This document shows, one piece after another, positions 46,279 to 55,352 of a stretch of DNA of 64,000 nt. Made by a program: the position numbers and the translations under genes. The notes below the pieces were generated by a model, which did not search any database, was not told the DNA's origin, and was given only the letters and a program-made list of their open reading frames with translations. The DNA is taken from assembly GCA_963205105.1 (NCBI GenBank), contig CAUJJW010000111.1, positions 6,465 to 70,464 on the forward strand, in the 5' to 3' direction. Positions within the stretch are counted from its first letter, which is position 1. Each line of letters begins with the position of its first letter. Source of the DNA: Verrucomicrobiota bacterium. GTDB lineage: Bacteria; Verrucomicrobiota; Verrucomicrobiia; Limisphaerales; CAIMTB01.

Positions 46279-49188
46279 ATGAACACCGATCGCCGAATCT
46301 GGGCTGGCAACCGCATCGCCCTTCCGGGCTTCCTGGTCCTCGCTCTCCTGGTCTTCTGGACGGCATCGTTCAACGCCATTTCACGGCAGTCCCTCCCCCT
46401 GGCCGGCACGTGGCGCTTCTCCCTGGACCCCTCCGACGAGGGCCTGCGGGAACAGTGGTTCACCCGTCGTCTTGATGGTCAGGTGCGCCTCCCAGGATCC
46501 CTGCCCCAGCAGGGCATCGGGGATCCTGTGACCACCAACACCACCTGGACCGGTGGCATCGTGGATCGTTCCTGGTTCACCGCCCCCGAATTCGAACCCT
46601 ACCGCATCCCAGGTTCCGTGAAGGTCCCGTTCTGGTTGCAGCCGGAAACCGTCTACACCGGCGCCGCCTGGTACCAGCGCGACATCGATATCCCGGCCGG
46701 TTGGGAAGGCCGCCGCGTCGTGCTATTCCTGGAGCGCCCGCATTGGGAAACCCAGGTCTGGGTCGATGACCAACTCGCCGGCGCCGTCGACACCCTCGGC
46801 ACACCTCACGAACACGATCTCGGCCCCCTGTATCCCGGTCGCCACCAACTCACCGTCCGCGTGGACAACCGCCGGATCGTCGATATTGGCGAGAACTCCC
46901 ACTCCATCTCCGACCACACCCAGGGCAACTGGAACGGCATCGTCGGACGCATCGAACTCCAGTCCACGCCACCGGTCTGGCTGGACGAAGTGAACGTCTA
47001 CCCGGACCTCGCCGCGAAAGGCGTCCTCGTCCGCTGGCGGGTGGGCAACACCACCGGACTGCGCGCCCCGGTCACGCTCACTTGCGCCGTCCGATTCAAG
47101 AACCCTCCGGGACGCGAAGTGGCCATCCGCAAGAACCTGGAATTCGAGTTCGGACCCGGCGGTGGAAGTGGTTCCACCGAACTCTACCTCGACCGCTGGG
47201 CTCGGCCCTGGGACGAGTTCGATCCCCAGCTGTACGTCGTCCGCGTGGAACTGCGCACCACCGACGGCCTGGTGGACCGCCGTGAGGTGCCGGTTGGTCT
47301 GCGCGACATCAAGGCCGAGGGAACCCAGTTCACCCTCAACGGCCGGCCGCTCTTCCTCCGTGGCACCCTGGAGTGCTCCATCTTCCCACGCACCGGCCAC
47401 CCACCGGTCGACGTCGAATCCTGGCGCCAAGTCATTCGCGCTGCCCAGGCGCATGGACTGAACCATCTGCGCTTCCACTCCCATTGTCCGCCGGAAGCCG
47501 CCTTCGAAGCCGCCGACGAACTCGGCATGTACCTCCAGGTCGAAGCCTCCATCTGGGCCAACCAATCCACCACCCTGGGCGATGGCAAACCCGTCGACTC
47601 CTGGGTCTATGCCGAGACCGAACGCATCCTCCGGACCTATGGCAACCACCCGTCCTTCATCCTGATGACGTCCGGCAACGAACCCGGTGGCCCGCGCCAT
47701 GCCGAGTTCCTCAGCCAGTGGGTGGAACACTTCAAAACCCGGGACACGCGACGTCTGTGGTCTTCCGCGTCCGGCTGGCCGCAACTCCCGGTGAACCAAT
47801 GGCACTCGTCCCCCGATCCACGCGTTCAAGGTTGGGGCGAAGGCCTCAACTCCCGCATCAACGGGAAGCCTCCCGAAACCCTGACCGACTACCGCGCCTA
47901 CATCGCCGCCCGCCCCGTCCCCGTGGTGAGTCACGAAATCGGACAGTGGTGCGTCTACCCCAACTTCGAGGAGATGCGGAAATACACCGGCTACTTGAAG
48001 CCCCGGAATTTCGAGATCTTCCAGCAAACCCTCGCCGCCCACGGACTCAGCCATCTCGCCCGCCCGTTCCTCCTGGCCTCGGGCCGACTGCAAACCCTGT
48101 GCTACAAGGAAGACATCGAGTCCGCCCTGCGCACCCCAGGCATGGCCGGGTTTCAGTTGCTGGATCTCCACGATTTCCCGGGACAAGGCACCGCCCTCGT
48201 CGGAGTCCTGGATCCGTTCTGGGAAAGCAAAGGGTACGTCTCCGCTTCCGAGTTCCGCCGTTTCTGCGGCCCTACCGTCCCTCTCGCCCGACTGCCCCAA
48301 CGGGTCTTCACCCAGGACCAACGACTCGAAGCCGACGTCGATGTCGCCCACTTCGGTCCCCAGCCCATCACCCAGCGCAAAGCCACCTGGACGCTGCTCG
48401 ATGACCGCGGCTTCACGGTGAAGCGCGGAGCATTCGACGCCATTGACCTTCCCACCGGGCAGCTCACCCGACTGGGCCGCGTGGAAGCCGACCTCACGCA
48501 AGTCCCCGCCCCCGCCCGCTACCGGCTGGTCGTGAACGTCGCCGGCCGCCCGGCCATCGAGAACGACTGGGACCTCTGGGTCTACACACCCAACCCTCCC
48601 ACCACTCCGCCCGCCAACCTGCGCGTGGTTTCCCAACTCGACGCCGATGCCGCCAACGCGTTGGAAAACGGGGAACGCGTGCTCTGGCTCATTCCACCTG
48701 CCCAGGTCCGGCCCGATCCACAACGCGGCCCGGTGGCTCTCGGGTTCTCCAGCATCTTCCGGAACACGGCCTGGACCGGCGGCCAGGCCCCCCACACCCT
48801 CGGCATTCTCTGCGATCCCAGGCACCCGGCGCTCAGTTACTTCCCGACCGAAACCCACAGCAACTGGCAGAGGTGGTACGTGGTCCGCCACGCCGGCGCC
48901 CTGATCCTGGATGAACTTCCGGCCAACCTCGAACCCACCGTGCGCGTGATCGACGACTGGGTCACCGCCCGCCGACTCGCCCTCGCCTTCGAAGCCCGGG
49001 TGGGAGCCGGCAAATTGTTCGTCTGCTCGGTCGATCTGAACACCGAGGCCGGTCTCGACCCGGTCCGACGCCAGTTCCGCACGAGCCTGCTGAACTACCT
49101 GGGCAGCGACCGCTTCCAGCCGCAGACCACTCTCAGCCTGGAAGAAGTGCGATCCCTGGCGAAACCCGACACGTCCGCCCAGCGGTGA
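46279..49188 (+). CDS. Glycoside hydrolase family 2-like protein
   Basis: Signal/anchor IALPGFLVLALLVFWTASFNA. GH2 sugar-binding region (WRFSLDP...AAWYQRDIDIP..VVLFLERPHWETQVWVDD), then TIM-barrel region (GLNHLRFHSHCPPEAAFEAADELGMYL, TSGNEPGG). Confidence 0.8.
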   Translation: MNTDRRIWAGNRIALPGFLVLALLVFWTASFNAISRQSLPLAGTWRFSLDPSDEGLREQWFTRRLDGQVRLPGSLPQQGIGDPVTTNTTWTGGIVDRSWFTAPEFEPYRIPGSVKVPFWLQPETVYTGAAWYQRDIDIPAGWEGRRVVLFLERPHWETQVWVDDQLAGAVDTLGTPHEHDLGPLYPGRHQLTVRVDNRRIVDIGENSHSISDHTQGNWNGIVGRIELQSTPPVWLDEVNVYPDLAAKGVLVRWRVGNTTGLRAPVTLTCAVRFKNPPGREVAIRKNLEFEFGPGGGSGSTELYLDRWARPWDEFDPQLYVVRVELRTTDGLVDRREVPVGLRDIKAEGTQFTLNGRPLFLRGTLECSIFPRTGHPPVDVESWRQVIRAAQAHGLNHLRFHSHCPPEAAFEAADELGMYLQVEASIWANQSTTLGDGKPVDSWVYAETERILRTYGNHPSFILMTSGNEPGGPRHAEFLSQWVEHFKTRDTRRLWSSASGWPQLPVNQWHSSPDPRVQGWGEGLNSRINGKPPETLTDYRAYIAARPVPVVSHEIGQWCVYPNFEEMRKYTGYLKPRNFEIFQQTLAAHGLSHLARPFLLASGRLQTLCYKEDIESALRTPGMAGFQLLDLHDFPGQGTALVGVLDPFWESKGYVSASEFRRFCGPTVPLARLPQRVFTQDQRLEADVDVAHFGPQPITQRKATWTLLDDRGFTVKRGAFDAIDLPTGQLTRLGRVEADLTQVPAPARYRLVVNVAGRPAIENDWDLWVYTPNPPTTPPANLRVVSQLDADAANALENGERVLWLIPPAQVRPDPQRGPVALGFSSIFRNTAWTGGQAPHTLGILCDPRHPALSYFPTETHSNWQRWYVVRHAGALILDELPANLEPTVRVIDDWVTARRLALAFEARVGAGKLFVCSVDLNTEAGLDPVRRQFRTSLLNYLGSDRFQPQTTLSLEEVRSLAKPDTSAQR

Positions 49189-49220
49189 ACCGGCAAAACA
49201 AGATTCTTTCCGTCAACTCC

Positions 49221-50654
49221 ATGAACCTCCTGCCGCAACACATCGCCGGATTCTTGGTTGTCCTCGCAACGTCCCAACTCGCGCTGGCCCCCGAGTCACA
49301 CGGCGCGGATGCCGAAGACGGGTTTCGGCCCATCTTCGACGGCCGCTCCCTGGCCGGCTGGGAAACCCCGGAGGGCCGTTACTGGACCATCGAGGACGGC
49401 GCCATCACCGGTCGCATCACCCCGGAGCAGCCGTGCACCATCAACCAGTACCTGGTCTGGACCGGCGGCGAACTGGCCGATTTTGAACTCAAACTAAAAT
49501 CCCGCCTGAACGGCCAGGGCGGCATCAACAACGGCTTTCAGTTCCGCAGCCGGCTGCTCCCCGACCACGACGTCTGCGGCTACCAGGTCGACAACAACCT
49601 CCAAACCCCCTGGCTGGTCCGCCTCTACGATGAGTTCGGACGCCACACCCTCGCCATGCGCGGGGAACGCGCCGCGTTCAACGCCCTGAACCAACGCACC
49701 GCCTCCCCGCTCCCCGAATCGGCCGGAACCGCATGGTTCAAGTTGGAGGAATGGCACGAGTACCACCTCGTCTGCCGCGGTTCCCGAATCTCCCTGCACG
49801 TCGATGGACGTCTCGCGGCTGAGGTCGACGACCACGACCCGCACCGTGCCGAGGCCCAGGGCATTCTCGCGCTCCAGCTTCACAGCGGTCCGCCCACCGT
49901 CGTGCAGTTCAAGGACATCCGGCTCAAGATCCTGAAACCGGCCGCCTCGCCGACTCCTCCGCCAACAGTCTCGCCCGCCCTGGAACGTCTCCAACAGGAA
50001 GCAGTGGCCTGGTGGTCGCTCGACACCGGTGGCCACGGGGCCAAACCACCGCTCCGCCACATTCCCGGGTGGGACCAGTTCGAACTCAACGTTCGCCCGT
50101 CCGGACCCGGCGCCCGCGCCAACACCAAAATTGTCACCCTCGACGGAGCCCACTTCGAAACTGAACCCTCGTTCCCCCTGACCTCCGGCCCCTTCACGGT
50201 CTTCATCCGCGCGTTTCAACCGAAAGGCCCTTGGAACGCCGCCCTGCTTGCGAAACCAGGCCAGGACGGCACCGCCGGATTGCGATGGTTCTTCGATGAC
50301 CTTCCCGAGACCCCCGGCCCCGACCTGGTCCTTGAGCTCGGCGGACCCGCTGGAAAAGCCAGCGTCCACGCGCCGCTGATGTCGACGAACCCGGCCGCTT
50401 GGATGGACTTGGTGGCCCGTTGCGACGGCAGAACGCTGGCGCTGTTCATCGACGGTGAACGCCGGGCTTCAGCCGAAGGGTCGGGGTCCTGGAACAGTTC
50501 CGGTCAACCGCTGCTGCTGGCCGCGGAGCGTCAAGGCGATCGGGTGGTGCGGCACGTTCGCGGCGAGATGGAGACCACAGCGGTCTGGTCCCGGGCGTTG
50601 AGCGACGAGGAGATCCGGACCCTGACTCAACCGGCACGCGGTGAAGGACCATGA
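49221..50654 (+). CDS. DUF1080 (3-keto-disaccharide hydrolase-like) plus LamG/concanavalin-like domain protein
   Basis: Start MNLLPQHIAGFLVVLATSQLALA (signal peptide) at a CTCCATGAACC motif. FRPIFDGRSLAGWE...WTIEDGAITG...LQLHSGPPTVVQFKDIRLK is the DUF1080 pattern. The C-terminal half is LamG-like. Confidence 0.75.
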   Translation: MNLLPQHIAGFLVVLATSQLALAPESHGADAEDGFRPIFDGRSLAGWETPEGRYWTIEDGAITGRITPEQPCTINQYLVWTGGELADFELKLKSRLNGQGGINNGFQFRSRLLPDHDVCGYQVDNNLQTPWLVRLYDEFGRHTLAMRGERAAFNALNQRTASPLPESAGTAWFKLEEWHEYHLVCRGSRISLHVDGRLAAEVDDHDPHRAEAQGILALQLHSGPPTVVQFKDIRLKILKPAASPTPPPTVSPALERLQQEAVAWWSLDTGGHGAKPPLRHIPGWDQFELNVRPSGPGARANTKIVTLDGAHFETEPSFPLTSGPFTVFIRAFQPKGPWNAALLAKPGQDGTAGLRWFFDDLPETPGPDLVLELGGPAGKASVHAPLMSTNPAAWMDLVARCDGRTLALFIDGERRASAEGSGSWNSSGQPLLLAAERQGDRVVRHVRGEMETTAVWSRALSDEEIRTLTQPARGEGP

Positions 50655-50940
50655 ATGGGGGACTCCGGGGGGCGAGACGCCCCCCTCTACGGCAGGCGGG
50701 ACGCCCGCCGCTACGGAGGCCCGGAGGGCCGAAAGAACGGAAGCCCATGGCGTGAGCCATGGGTCGGAAGTCGAAATGGATTTCGAGCCCCGGAGGGGCG
50801 ACAGAACCGACCGCGTTGAGGTTGGTTTTTAGGGAAAGTCACGACATTCGGCCCTCTCCCTGCATTCCTGATCGCCCCTCCAGGGCTTTGGGATTCCCGC
50901 AGGCGCAGTCCCCAGGACTCACCGCCCCCTCGCCCAAACC
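50649..50940 (-). repeat. Composite RepA(-) 50649-50716, RepFb 50717-50810, RepFa 50868-50935
   Basis: The terminal ccATGAAtgg contains the TGA stop (50652-50654) of the DUF1080/LamG gene. RepFb hairpins are GGCCCGGAGGGCC and CCCATGGCGTGAGCCATGGG. Confidence 0.85.
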
Positions 50941-50992
50941 CCGCCCACGAAAAGTGGCGCCGACCCCCATCCAAGGCCATAAGTGAGGCCCC

Positions 50993-51745
50993 ATGGGCCG
51001 CCCAACGGAACACACACCTCCCTCCAGCCAGTCCCCGGCGCCCCCGCCTCCCTTCTCAACCACCACCCCCCACGACGAACCCGTGGTCCTCGCCTCCAAC
51101 GTGGAGAAGGCCTACGAGGGCCGCCCAGTCCTCCGAGGCGTTTCCGTCTCGGTCAGGGCCGGAGAACGCGTGGCCTTGATCGGTCCTTCCGGCAGCGGCA
51201 AGACCACCCTGCTCAACTGCCTCGGGGGTGTCGACCGCCCCGACCAGGGTTCCATCCGCATCCGCCAGGAGTCGCTGGAGACTCTCGACAGCGCCGGCTT
51301 GGCTCGCCTTCGACGATTCCATGTCGGGACGGTGTTCCAGTTCTTCCACCTTCTTCCCACCCTCAACGCCTTCGAAAATGTCGAACTTCCCCTCCAACTG
51401 ATCGGCGTTCCCCCCGCCGAACGCGAGGAGCGCGTGAACCGTCTGCTCACCCGGGTCAAGGTCGAGCATCGCGCCCACGCACGACCCGCACAGTTGTCGG
51501 GAGGTGAACAACAACGGATCGCCATCGCCCGAGCCCTGGTCCACCGGCCCGCCGTGCTGCTCGCCGACGAACCCACCGGCAATCTCGATTCCGTCAATGG
51601 CGCCAATGTGCTCGCCCTCCTGCGCGAACTCACCGACGAAACCGGCACTGCTCTCGTCCTGGTCACCCACAGCCCCGAAGCCACCGCCATCTGCCACCGG
51701 GTGGTCGCCCTCCGCGACGGATGCGTCGTCGACTCCCCTCACTGA
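50993..51745 (+). CDS. ABC transporter ATP-binding protein (MacB/LolD/AttE-like)
   Basis: Walker A GPSGSGKTTLLN, Q-loop, signature LSGGEQQRIAIARAL, Walker B VLLADEPTGNLD, H-loop VTHS. Confidence 0.9.
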   Translation: MGRPTEHTPPSSQSPAPPPPFSTTTPHDEPVVLASNVEKAYEGRPVLRGVSVSVRAGERVALIGPSGSGKTTLLNCLGGVDRPDQGSIRIRQESLETLDSAGLARLRRFHVGTVFQFFHLLPTLNAFENVELPLQLIGVPPAEREERVNRLLTRVKVEHRAHARPAQLSGGEQQRIAIARALVHRPAVLLADEPTGNLDSVNGANVLALLRELTDETGTALVLVTHSPEATAICHRVVALRDGCVVDSPH

Positions 51746-51756
51746 GTCCAGTCCGG

Positions 51757-54495
51757 ATGAATCCCTTCGCCCATCTCGGACTCCTCTGGCGCCGCTTCAC
51801 CCTGCGCCATTGGAAGGACACACCCGGACAGACCTTCCTGCTGGTCCTGATTCTCGCGCTCGGCATCGCGGTTTACTTCTCCATCCGCCTCGCCAACCGC
51901 GCCGCCACCGCCAGCTTCCTGCACTTCACCGACCTGGTGACCGCCGAGAGCGACTGGCTGATCCAGGCCCCCGCCGGCGACCTCCCCGAGTCCGTGCTCG
52001 CCGAACTGCGATCCCGCCTCGACGGCGCTCCAGTCCACCTGGTGCCCATCGTGGAATCCACCGCCACCGCCCCGCCCAAGGGCGAACCGGAAACCATCGG
52101 CAGCCGTCCCACCTTCCGCCTGCTCGGCGTGGATCTCATCGGCATCCAAAACATCGCCCGTGATGAAGCCGAACGTTCCCCGGACTGGTTCGGCCCGGGA
52201 AACAAAGCAGCCCCTTCCACGACCGACGTCCCATCCGTCCCATCGGTCCCATCTTCCCACACCAACGCCACCCCTGACTCAGAATCTCGGTTCTGGACTG
52301 TTCTGCGCGACCCCACCTCCGTCTTTATCAGCGACGCGCTCGCGCGCCGTGACGGTCTGGCGGCCGGCAGTCGTCTGCCTCTCATTCTCAACGAAACCAT
52401 CGTCCCGCTCACCGTGGCCGGCGTCATCCCAGCTCTCCCCGGCCAACCTGCCGCACCCCCCGAGTTGTTGGTCATGGACCTGCCCGCCTTGCAGCATTGG
52501 ACCGGAAGAACCGGACTCCTCACCCGCCTTGAATTCCGGGTGGAACCCGGCCCCAACGCGGAAGGACGCCGAAGCCAACTGCGGGACGACTTGGAAACCT
52601 GGGGACGATCCACCCATTCCACCGACGCCGCACGTTGGCTGGTCCGATCACCCTCGGAACGTCGCGACGCCGGCGCCGTCATGACCCGGGCGTTTCGCCT
52701 CAACCTCACCATTCTCTCCCTCCTGGCCTTGCTCGTCGGCATGTACCTGGTGGTCCAGGCCCTCGATGGCGCCGTGGTCCGTCGGCGTGCAGAAATTGGC
52801 GTACTCCGCTCGCTAGGCGTCGAGGCGGCCACCCTGCGACGCGCCTGGCTGCTCGAAGCGGGCGTGGTCGGTGTGCTGGGCGGTCTGCTCGGCGTGCTCC
52901 TCGGCTGGGCCGGCGCCCAAGCCTCCGTCCGGCTCGTCGGAAAAACCGTCAACGCCCTCTACTACGCCACCAGCGCCGATTCCGCCGCACTTACCCCGGG
53001 GGAACTCGCCGGCGCCCTCGTCCTGTCCGTGACCTCCGCCTTGCTCGCCGGTTGGTGGCCTGCCCGCGTCGCCGCCAACGTGCCCCCCGCCCAGCTGCTC
53101 GCCCGACACGCCCAATCCGCACCCGCCGCCTGGGCCCTCCAACATCCCTTTCTCGGCCTTGGCCTGATCCTGGCCGGAATCGCCTGCGCCATGCTCCCTC
53201 CGCTGCGCTTCGACGGCGGTGTCCGGTTTCCCGCCGGCGGCTACGCCGCCGCCGTGCTCTGGATCGCCGGCGCCGGTATCCTCGGCAGCCGCGCTTTGTC
53301 CGGCGCCGCACGCGTGCTTCGACCGCTCGGACGTCATGCCGCCGTGTGGCGCTTGGGCATCAGCCCCTTGATCACCCCGTCCGGCCGTCACGTGCTCGCC
53401 ACCGCCGGCCTGATCTGCGCCGTCGCCATGACCGCCGGCATGGTCATTCTCGTCGGAAGCTTCGACCGCACCATGCGCGGGTGGATCGAACGAACGTTCC
53501 AGGCCGACCTGTACGTCTCGAGCGCCGGCGCCCAAAGCGCTTCCACCGACAACCGCCTTTCCCCGGCCACCTGGAAGGCACTCATCGAAGACCCGGCCGT
53601 CGCCGACGCCAATGTGCTCCACGGCATTGAAGTGCTGCTCCCGGGCGGCACCACCATTCTTGCCGCTGGCGATCTCGGGTTCCTGCGTCGACGCGTCCAA
53701 CTCGCTTGGGTCGAGAAACCCACCGACCTGAATGCCGCCTTCGCAGCCGCTCCCCTGGCGGATGGCCAACCAGTCTCCGCCCTGGTCAGCGAAAGCTTCT
53801 CGGAACGGTTCCAACAGCACCGTGGCGACCTGGTGAACCTGCCCACACCGTCGGGCAGCAAAAGCGTTCGCATCGCCGGGGTGTTCGCCGATTACGGCAA
53901 CGAACGCGGCTCCCTGGTCATTGACCGTGGCCTGTTCGTGGAGTGGTTCAAGACCGACCTGGCGGCGAGTGTCATCGTCTCATTGCGCGACCCGGCGCAG
54001 GCGGAGGCCGTTCGGTCGGCGTGGCTGGCGAAGCACCCGGGGCTTCAGATCCTGACCAACGGCCATCTGCGCACGGAGGTGTTGCGGATCTTCCGTCAGA
54101 CGTTCTCGATCACCTACGCCCTCGAAGCCATCGGACTGACCGTGGCGGTGTTGGGCCTGGGCATGACCCTGGCGAGTGTGCTGATCGAACGACGGGCGGA
54201 CTGGACCACGCTGAGGGCGCTGGGCTTGCGACCGGAAGAACTGGCCCGGGTGGCGGCGATTGAAGGCCTGGTGGTCGCCGCGGCGGGTCTCCTGGTGGGA
54301 CTCGCGGTTTCCAGCGCCTTGGGATGGCTGTTGATCCGGGTCATCAACAAACAAACCTTCGGGTGGACCTTGGAGTTTGCCGCGCCGATGGGCCCGCTGG
54401 TGCTTCTGGCGTTGCTCGTGTTGGCGGGCGCCACCTCGGTGAGTTATGCCGTCGGTCGCTGGGGCGCTCAATTGCCCGCGGACCGCGAGGAATGA
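51757..54495 (+). CDS. ABC transporter permease with two FtsX-like domains (MacB/AttF-G-like)
   Basis: Start MNPFAHLGLLWRRF. Two blocks of four TM segments, each preceded by a large extracytoplasmic region. Has the typical FtsX-domain loops (GVLRSLGVEAATL, LRALGLRPEEL). Confidence 0.85.
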   Translation: MNPFAHLGLLWRRFTLRHWKDTPGQTFLLVLILALGIAVYFSIRLANRAATASFLHFTDLVTAESDWLIQAPAGDLPESVLAELRSRLDGAPVHLVPIVESTATAPPKGEPETIGSRPTFRLLGVDLIGIQNIARDEAERSPDWFGPGNKAAPSTTDVPSVPSVPSSHTNATPDSESRFWTVLRDPTSVFISDALARRDGLAAGSRLPLILNETIVPLTVAGVIPALPGQPAAPPELLVMDLPALQHWTGRTGLLTRLEFRVEPGPNAEGRRSQLRDDLETWGRSTHSTDAARWLVRSPSERRDAGAVMTRAFRLNLTILSLLALLVGMYLVVQALDGAVVRRRAEIGVLRSLGVEAATLRRAWLLEAGVVGVLGGLLGVLLGWAGAQASVRLVGKTVNALYYATSADSAALTPGELAGALVLSVTSALLAGWWPARVAANVPPAQLLARHAQSAPAAWALQHPFLGLGLILAGIACAMLPPLRFDGGVRFPAGGYAAAVLWIAGAGILGSRALSGAARVLRPLGRHAAVWRLGISPLITPSGRHVLATAGLICAVAMTAGMVILVGSFDRTMRGWIERTFQADLYVSSAGAQSASTDNRLSPATWKALIEDPAVADANVLHGIEVLLPGGTTILAAGDLGFLRRRVQLAWVEKPTDLNAAFAAAPLADGQPVSALVSESFSERFQQHRGDLVNLPTPSGSKSVRIAGVFADYGNERGSLVIDRGLFVEWFKTDLAASVIVSLRDPAQAEAVRSAWLAKHPGLQILTNGHLRTEVLRIFRQTFSITYALEAIGLTVAVLGLGMTLASVLIERRADWTTLRALGLRPEELARVAAIEGLVVAAAGLLVGLAVSSALGWLLIRVINKQTFGWTLEFAAPMGPLVLLALLVLAGATSVSYAVGRWGAQLPADREE

Positions 54496-54496
54496 A

Positions 54497-55352
54497 CGCG
54501 ACCATGAACAGCGAACGGGGATTGGCGAATCGCGAATCGCGAAAAGCGGGCTCCTCCGTAGCGGCGGGCGTCCCGCCTGCCGTAGAGGGGGGCGTCTCGC
54601 CCCCCGGAATTCCAGGTTCATGGTTCCTAAGCGCGAGTTGTCATTCGTGGATGCCCCACAGGAACACCATCTTTTCGCCAGCCACGGAGTGGCGCCAGAA
54701 CCCTAGCCCACGGCGTGAGCCGTGGGTGCCACGTGAAGAATGGATTCAGCCCCGGACGGGGCGATCAGAATCCCCCGATCGGGGCTCCACCCCATCCAAC
54801 CTCCCGGTGACGCGTTGCTATGTGGCGTTTCTGGCCGCCCCTCCGGGGCTCCATTTCCCACGGCACGCCCGACCCATGGCTGACGACATGGGCTTCCGTT
54901 CTTTCGGCCCTCCGGGCCTCGCAGATCACCCCTTCTCCATCAACCTGGCCTTCGTAGCGGCGGGCGTCCCGCCTGCCGTAGAGGGGGGCGTCTCGCCCCC
55001 CGGATTCCCCCAGGATTTACGATCGGTGAGCAGGTCGGTTTCTAACAGCGCGCTGATCATCAACCTTCCCATGCAAGCGATCGCGAGGGTTGAAAACAGC
55101 TCCCTCACCCCAACCCTCTCCCGGCGGGAGAGGGAGTCGCGTTTCACCCGCCACAGCTGCCCACATGGCCATGCGTCCGAGCCGTCCCGACTCGTTCCAG
55201 CCAACCCCAGGCTCAACCCTCCTGGAACCGCGGCGCATGTTCTCCTTCTCCCTCCGGGAGAAGGCCGGGATGAGGGCCGCCCGCTCCACTCCTCGCGCCA
55301 CGGTTCACGGTCCCCTGGTGTGTCCCCATGTTGGCAAACATCGCGCCCCATG
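54497..55352. repeat. ~850-nt repeat island: RepA(+) 54553-54625, RepFa(-) 54700-54790, RepFb(-) 54830-54925, RepA(+) 54950-55015, RepD-like 55020-55062, RepB(+) 55056-55310, RepJ 55302-55352
   Basis: All modules match copies elsewhere in the window. The island separates the FtsX permease gene from the AttH-like gene. The final CCCCATGAACC supplies the AttH-like start codon (55350). Confidence 0.85.

Noticed and set aside
54324-55349. Long N-terminal extensions of track ORFs. Examples: 54324..56657, 57821..62974, 629..1738, 14972..17278, 31439..33391, 33418..35799, 43427..45742, 25912..26886, 2185..3105, 36070..38619, 38030..39577.
   Set aside because: The extensions read through repeat islands and give repeat-derived peptides such as SVAAGVPPAVEGGVSPPG. 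In each case an internal ATG followed by a signal peptide or the family's normal N-terminus gives a far more plausible start.
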